Shown here one piece after another: positions 59,642 through 64,000 of a stretch of 64,000 nt of DNA. The stretch covers positions 21,736 to 85,735 of IMG/VR virus record IMGVR_UViG_3300021256_000085. The stretch is one strand, 5' to 3'. Below the pieces are notes generated by a model that searched no databases, was not told the origin of the DNA, and saw only the letters and a list, made by a program, of their open reading frames with translations. Both the position numbers and the translations under genes were made by a program. Within the stretch, counting starts at the first letter, position 1. Every line of letters starts with the position of its first letter. The DNA comes from a virus (Duplodnaviria; Caudoviricetes).

Positions 59642-59675
59642 ACTTATGAATTAAAAATTCAACTAAATATTTAAT

Positions 59676-60161
59676 ATGAAGAAAATTATAATATCAGATT
59701 GTGATGGTATATTGACAAATGGTAAATCAATATATACATATAATGGTAAAACCGCTAAAGTCTATGGTGCATTTGACACCGAAGCTATTAGGACTGCACA
59801 TGATTTAGGATGGGAATTTTTATTTGTATCTGATGATCGTCATGGATGGAATATTACTAAAGCTAGACTTGATAACTATAAAGAAAATGGATTATGTGAA
59901 TATCAAATTGCTTCTCCAGAAGAAAGAGAGGAATTAGTTAAAGAATATCAAAATAAAGGATATTATGTTGTTTTTGTTGGAGATTCGATTTCAGATCTAA
60001 AAGCTGGATTAACCGCAAATAGGTTTTGTACAACTTCAAATGCATGGGATAGTATTCTAGATATGTGTGATTTTATATCCGAAAGAGAAGGAGGAAATGG
60101 TGGATTTGCAGAGATTATTTATGATTGTTTAGATAAATTGAATGAAAATTATCAACAATAA
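59676..60161 (+). CDS. HAD-family sugar-phosphate phosphatase (KdsC-like)
   Basis: SDCDGILTNG; FVGDSISD; EGGNGGFAEII. Confidence 0.85.
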   Translation: MKKIIISDCDGILTNGKSIYTYNGKTAKVYGAFDTEAIRTAHDLGWEFLFVSDDRHGWNITKARLDNYKENGLCEYQIASPEEREELVKEYQNKGYYVVFVGDSISDLKAGLTANRFCTTSNAWDSILDMCDFISEREGGNGGFAEIIYDCLDKLNENYQQ

Positions 60162-60202
60162 TTTTCTATATTATAATATGAAATATATTTATTATTGTTT
60201 TT

Positions 60203-61291
60203 ATGATAAATCAATTTAAAGTTGGTTGTAATTTTGATTGGGAATTAATTGATAAAGCATCTCAATTAAATGATAAATACAAAAATCAAGCAGTTATTAA
60301 AGAGTTTTTTGCAAGTCCAAGTTCTTCTGCTCCAATGACAGCTAGACCTGATTGGAGATTACCTAATATGCCAGATAAAGATTTTGAAAAATATGTAAGA
60401 TTATGTTTGGATAATAATATTTATTTTAATGTTGTGTTAAATTCAATACAACCATATATGACTAAACCAAACATGGTACAACATAAACAAGAAATTCAAG
60501 ATTATGTAAAATGGCTTGAAGATATTGGTGTATATAGAATAACATTTGCAAATCCAATGATGGCAATGTTTATTCGTGAAGTATCTGATATTGAATTAGA
60601 AGCAAGTTGTATATTACATATTGATACACCAACTCAAATGAAATATCTCCATGATACATTAGGTGTAAATAAATTTTGTAATAGTATTCTTAAAAATCGT
60701 AGTCGTGATTTCTTGATTAATTGTGCAAATTATTGTAATGAGAATGGATTGATTCTTGAATTGTTAGCTAATGAGTTTTGTTATAATGCTTCATCTGATT
60801 ATGCTACTCATTGTGTATATCGTGATTCATGTTATCTTTGTCATGCAACATGTAAGACTAAAGAAGAGTCAATGTTATATAATAATTATCCAATGAAATA
60901 TTGTATGTCAAGTCGTAATGGAAATCAAGAACAATGGTTACGAAGTCGTTGGATTCGTCCTGAAGATTTGAAGTATTATAATAATATTGGAATTAATTAT
61001 TTTAAAGTATCTGGAAGAACTGGTGGAACAGATTATTTAGTATCAGTATTAGAGTCATATATGAATCAAAAATATAATGGTAATCTTCTAGGTCTTTGGA
61101 AACCATTAGAGACTATATATAATGGTAAAAAGGAATATGAACAAGAATTGATTGATAATATTCCAAATGATAAATTAGATGGGTTCTTAGACCATTGGTT
61201 TGATAAAAATTTTGAATGTGAGAATCAAATTTGTGGAACCACATGTACATATTGCCGAGATTTTTATAATCAAAAAATAAAAGGAGCTTAA
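60203..61291 (+). CDS. peptidase U32 family protein, predicted Fe-S hydroxylase
   Basis: FNVVLN; GVYRITFANP; LEASCIL; ELLANEFC...HCVYRDSC Cys cluster; FKVSGR. Confidence 0.8.
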   Translation: MINQFKVGCNFDWELIDKASQLNDKYKNQAVIKEFFASPSSSAPMTARPDWRLPNMPDKDFEKYVRLCLDNNIYFNVVLNSIQPYMTKPNMVQHKQEIQDYVKWLEDIGVYRITFANPMMAMFIREVSDIELEASCILHIDTPTQMKYLHDTLGVNKFCNSILKNRSRDFLINCANYCNENGLILELLANEFCYNASSDYATHCVYRDSCYLCHATCKTKEESMLYNNYPMKYCMSSRNGNQEQWLRSRWIRPEDLKYYNNIGINYFKVSGRTGGTDYLVSVLESYMNQKYNGNLLGLWKPLETIYNGKKEYEQELIDNIPNDKLDGFLDHWFDKNFECENQICGTTCTYCRDFYNQKIKGA

Positions 61292-61309
61292 TTAAAAGCT
61301 CCTTTTTTT
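61279..61309. terminator. bidirectional terminator closing the modification operon
   Basis: AAAAGGAGCTT / AAGCTCCTTTT. Confidence 0.8.
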
Positions 61310-61310
61310 A

Positions 61311-63302
61311 TTATTGATTTGTATTAAGTTTGAATATTGCAATTGGTAAATATTGATTTATGTAATTTTCATGAATAAATCCTAATGTTCCTTTCATTTT
61401 AATATGTAAGCTTAAATTTTTATAAGCTGATATACTACTAATCTTAAATACTAATCCTTGTGGATATAATGTATAAATATGATTTGACTCAAAATAATAA
61501 TTCCATTCATCAGGATTAGTTGTATTATCTCTAAAACCAATTTTACATTCACCTAATACTTCATTTGTAAATTCATTTATCAAGATTGATTTATCGGATT
61601 CATAAGTTTCTGAATTAGGATCTAAACTATCAAATAAATTATCATGCCAAATTTGTACATAATCAAATCTCAATACTGGTGTATAGTTAGTATAGTTAGA
61701 TGATTCAATAATTCCGGTATTCAAATAAATATTATTGTCATCATTATTACCGGTTGAATATATTTGTACATCTAATTGGACTTCATTATTATCTAAATCA
61801 GTTACATGTACATAAGGATTCTCACTATTATAACTAAACATATTTGCATTTATTTGCTCACATTGATCTTCAGGAAATTGTTCAATTGTAAATGTTGAAG
61901 ATGAATTATCTGAATCCTTTTCTTTCATTACCATACCTTTAATAATGACATAATTATCATATACCTCCATAACCGCTGCTTCAGAATCATTTTGAGCAGT
62001 TTGATATGATTTTATACCATAAGGTAATGGACGACTTAATGAAGGTAAATGAACATTATATGATTTATTTGATTTAGTGATATTAATATTATGATCTAAT
62101 TTTTCCCAATTCCATTTATAATGTGAATGTCCACAAAACCATAAATTATTTGAATATTTTTCCATTAATTGTTGAATAAATTTACCTTGGTCACCTCTTA
62201 GAATATCTATATGTGTTTCGGCATAAGGATAATAATTATCACTATTGGTCATATAATTGTTTTCTTGGTGATAATTACCAGCTTTATCCATTAACATCAA
62301 ATGGGTAAATATAAAACAACGATGATCTTTATATTCTTCTAAAATCTCTTCAAGACAACGTAAAGTTTGTGGATGATATAAATGATAGTCATTTGAATAA
62401 TCTACTGATTGATTGACTAATAACTCATCTTCATTTAACATTCTACAATTATGGGTATTGTAATCATCTGGATTATTCCAACCATATTCTACATTTAGAT
62501 AAATATATACATCAAATTTATCTTCTCCAAAATATTTCTTAAAATAAAAACTAGTTCCTTCACCGGATTCTTCAGTATGATAATAGTCATCATTATCTCT
62601 GTATTGCTCATAATCTTTAAAATAAATTATCTCATATTCATTATTTGGATTTATAGCAGATACACTTTTCCATAACTCATGATATTTATATTTAGGTTTA
62701 GTATCATGGTTACCAGAACAAGTAAAAATAGATAAGTTTGGTGCATAAGTATCTATACATAACTTATAGTTCTTTAAATGAGCTGACCAATCCGTGGAGA
62801 TATCACCAGAACAACTTACAAAATCTACACCTTCATCCATAAAAGTATGTAAAGCATTTTGAAGATCCTCTGAATATTCACTTCCATCATCATTTCCAAT
62901 AGTAGTTGGGTCTTGGTCACTTTCATCAGTATCATTATAATGGATATCACTCATTAATCCAATTTTATATAATGGTTCTTTGTTGTTCTTATATAAATCT
63001 TTAATTGGAATAGATTCTTGCAAGTCATGATTATAGATATTATATACATTAATATATTCTACATCATTAGGCACAACATAGAAATTCTTGTTGATATAGT
63101 TCTTGTCTAATGGTAAATATTGTGGTAATATATTTTTATCTTTGTCAGCATATCGATATGAATAGTTTTCAGTACCATCATAATTGAAATTTATATCAAT
63201 AGTTTGACGATTAATCAACAAAGTCAATGGATATCGTTTGTTAATATTTTTTAAAGCTTCTAATTGTTCTACATAAGAATCAAATACTTGAATATATTGC
63301 AT
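61311..63302 (-). CDS. metallophosphoesterase (calcineurin-like) with extra N- and C-terminal domains
   Basis: SDIH; SGDIS; GNHD; FTHL; GHSH. Confidence 0.8.
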   Translation of the reverse strand: MQYIQVFDSYVEQLEALKNINKRYPLTLLINRQTIDINFNYDGTENYSYRYADKDKNILPQYLPLDKNYINKNFYVVPNDVEYINVYNIYNHDLQESIPIKDLYKNNKEPLYKIGLMSDIHYNDTDESDQDPTTIGNDDGSEYSEDLQNALHTFMDEGVDFVSCSGDISTDWSAHLKNYKLCIDTYAPNLSIFTCSGNHDTKPKYKYHELWKSVSAINPNNEYEIIYFKDYEQYRDNDDYYHTEESGEGTSFYFKKYFGEDKFDVYIYLNVEYGWNNPDDYNTHNCRMLNEDELLVNQSVDYSNDYHLYHPQTLRCLEEILEEYKDHRCFIFTHLMLMDKAGNYHQENNYMTNSDNYYPYAETHIDILRGDQGKFIQQLMEKYSNNLWFCGHSHYKWNWEKLDHNINITKSNKSYNVHLPSLSRPLPYGIKSYQTAQNDSEAAVMEVYDNYVIIKGMVMKEKDSDNSSSTFTIEQFPEDQCEQINANMFSYNSENPYVHVTDLDNNEVQLDVQIYSTGNNDDNNIYLNTGIIESSNYTNYTPVLRFDYVQIWHDNLFDSLDPNSETYESDKSILINEFTNEVLGECKIGFRDNTTNPDEWNYYFESNHIYTLYPQGLVFKISSISAYKNLSLHIKMKGTLGFIHENYINQYLPIAIFKLNTNQ

Positions 63303-63310
63303 AATCTACA

Positions 63311-64000
63311 TTATATAATTTTGTTAAATAAAGCTTCTATATATTTCTGTGGATTAAATATTTGGTTGATAATTTTTTGATTTTTATTACATAAAGATAT
63401 ATATGAATTTTTACTTATAAAATATTTATTAATGAGTATTTTATAATGATCTATATTGTTTTCATCAAAATATATTGCACAATTCAAATCATATAATGAT
63501 TGTTTTGAATTAATCTTAATTTTTTTAGCTTGATTAATATCTATAATCAATATTGATTTACCAGATAACACATCAATCATTGTATAAGTCAGATAATCAA
63601 AACTATCAAAATCAACAACAAACATGATTTCATCTAAAATCTTGTCATAATCAATATTTGGATATATATTTATTTTATTTTTATCAATATAACTTATATT
63701 AGTATTAGTTATTTTAGAAGGATTGCCAAATTCATCATAATATAAATTTGGTATAGACATAGTTTGGATATTTTTCACTAAACCATATAAAAACCAATCA
63801 CAATTAATATCATTCTTAAACATTTCAAACATTTTCAAAAATAAACTATAATTAGTCTTTAATCCTCTATTTGAAATCATTCCTATTTGATTAGTTTTAT
63901 GTTCAAAATTTAATGGTAAACTATTATATATTAAATCTAATTTAATAATCTTATCTATATCTATATATTTCAATAATTCATTATATATAGTATCATTCTT
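63311..64000 (-). CDS. possible glycosyltransferase C-terminal (GT-B) domain; gene continues beyond window edge
   Basis: Frame is open to position 64000; IGMISNRGLKTN...DSFDYLTYTMIDVLSGKSILI...QIFNPQKYIEALF resembles GT4-type C-terminal lobes. Confidence 0.4.
   Translation of the reverse strand, partial: KNDTIYNELLKYIDIDKIIKLDLIYNSLPLNFEHKTNQIGMISNRGLKTNYSLFLKMFEMFKNDINCDWFLYGLVKNIQTMSIPNLYYDEFGNPSKITNTNISYIDKNKINIYPNIDYDKILDEIMFVVDFDSFDYLTYTMIDVLSGKSILIIDINQAKKIKINSKQSLYDLNCAIYFDENNIDHYKILINKYFISKNSYISLCNKNQKIINQIFNPQKYIEALFNKII

Noticed and set aside
55916-60161. KDO biosynthesis pathway (KdsD, KdsA, KdsC, KdsB)
   Set aside because: The synthase has the DAHP-type KPRT motif and a chorismate mutase domain rather than the KdsA KANRS motif. 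The nucleotidyltransferase is fused to a kinase and is not KdsB-like. The U32 and dNMP kinase genes are unexplained by KDO.
1-64000. Alternative genetic code (TAG=Gln as in some gut megaphages, or TGA=Trp genome-wide)
   Set aside because: Multi-kilobase ORFs are intact in the standard code. TAG ends short genes (868, 10367) and TGA ends genes in ATGA overlaps. Only two internal TGA cases were found, and they are reported separately.

Overview
A 64-kb segment of a very AT-rich, gene-dense, large tailed-phage genome with T4-like structural genes (gp13-like neck, gp6- and gp25-like baseplate wedge, denV). The host is probably Bacteroidota: the DAHP synthase-chorismate mutase is of the Bacteroidota type, and start codons follow A-rich leaders without Shine-Dalgarno motifs. 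The standard genetic code fits. No tRNA, rRNA or CRISPR array was seen. Main observations: (1) A 54.8-61.3 kb operon combines a U32-family Fe-S hydroxylase with its own prephenate source (DAHP synthase-chorismate mutase), an NDP-pentose pathway (A5P isomerase, kinase/nucleotidyltransferase, HAD phosphatase), a dNMP kinase and a putative glycosyltransferase. This suggests oxygen-independent base hydroxylation followed by pentosylation of phage DNA. (2) About 15-19 unrelated proteins share an N-terminal leader resembling the T4 capsid-targeting sequence (MKxLxx[YF]IxE); five carry an extended KLxIGKNIIH module. Cargoes include a 1369-aa nuclease-helicase-methyltransferase, an ADP-ribosyltransferase-like protein, a ParB-like protein and a DUF285 repeat protein. 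(3) Two promoter-like motifs divide the genes into early-type and late-type classes. (4) Also present: a Ro60/TROVE gene, a RimK-protease fusion, a primase-SF2 helicase fusion, two genes with in-frame TGA, and a 47-aa terminase-like fragment. All functional calls come from motif recognition by eye; no database searches were run.
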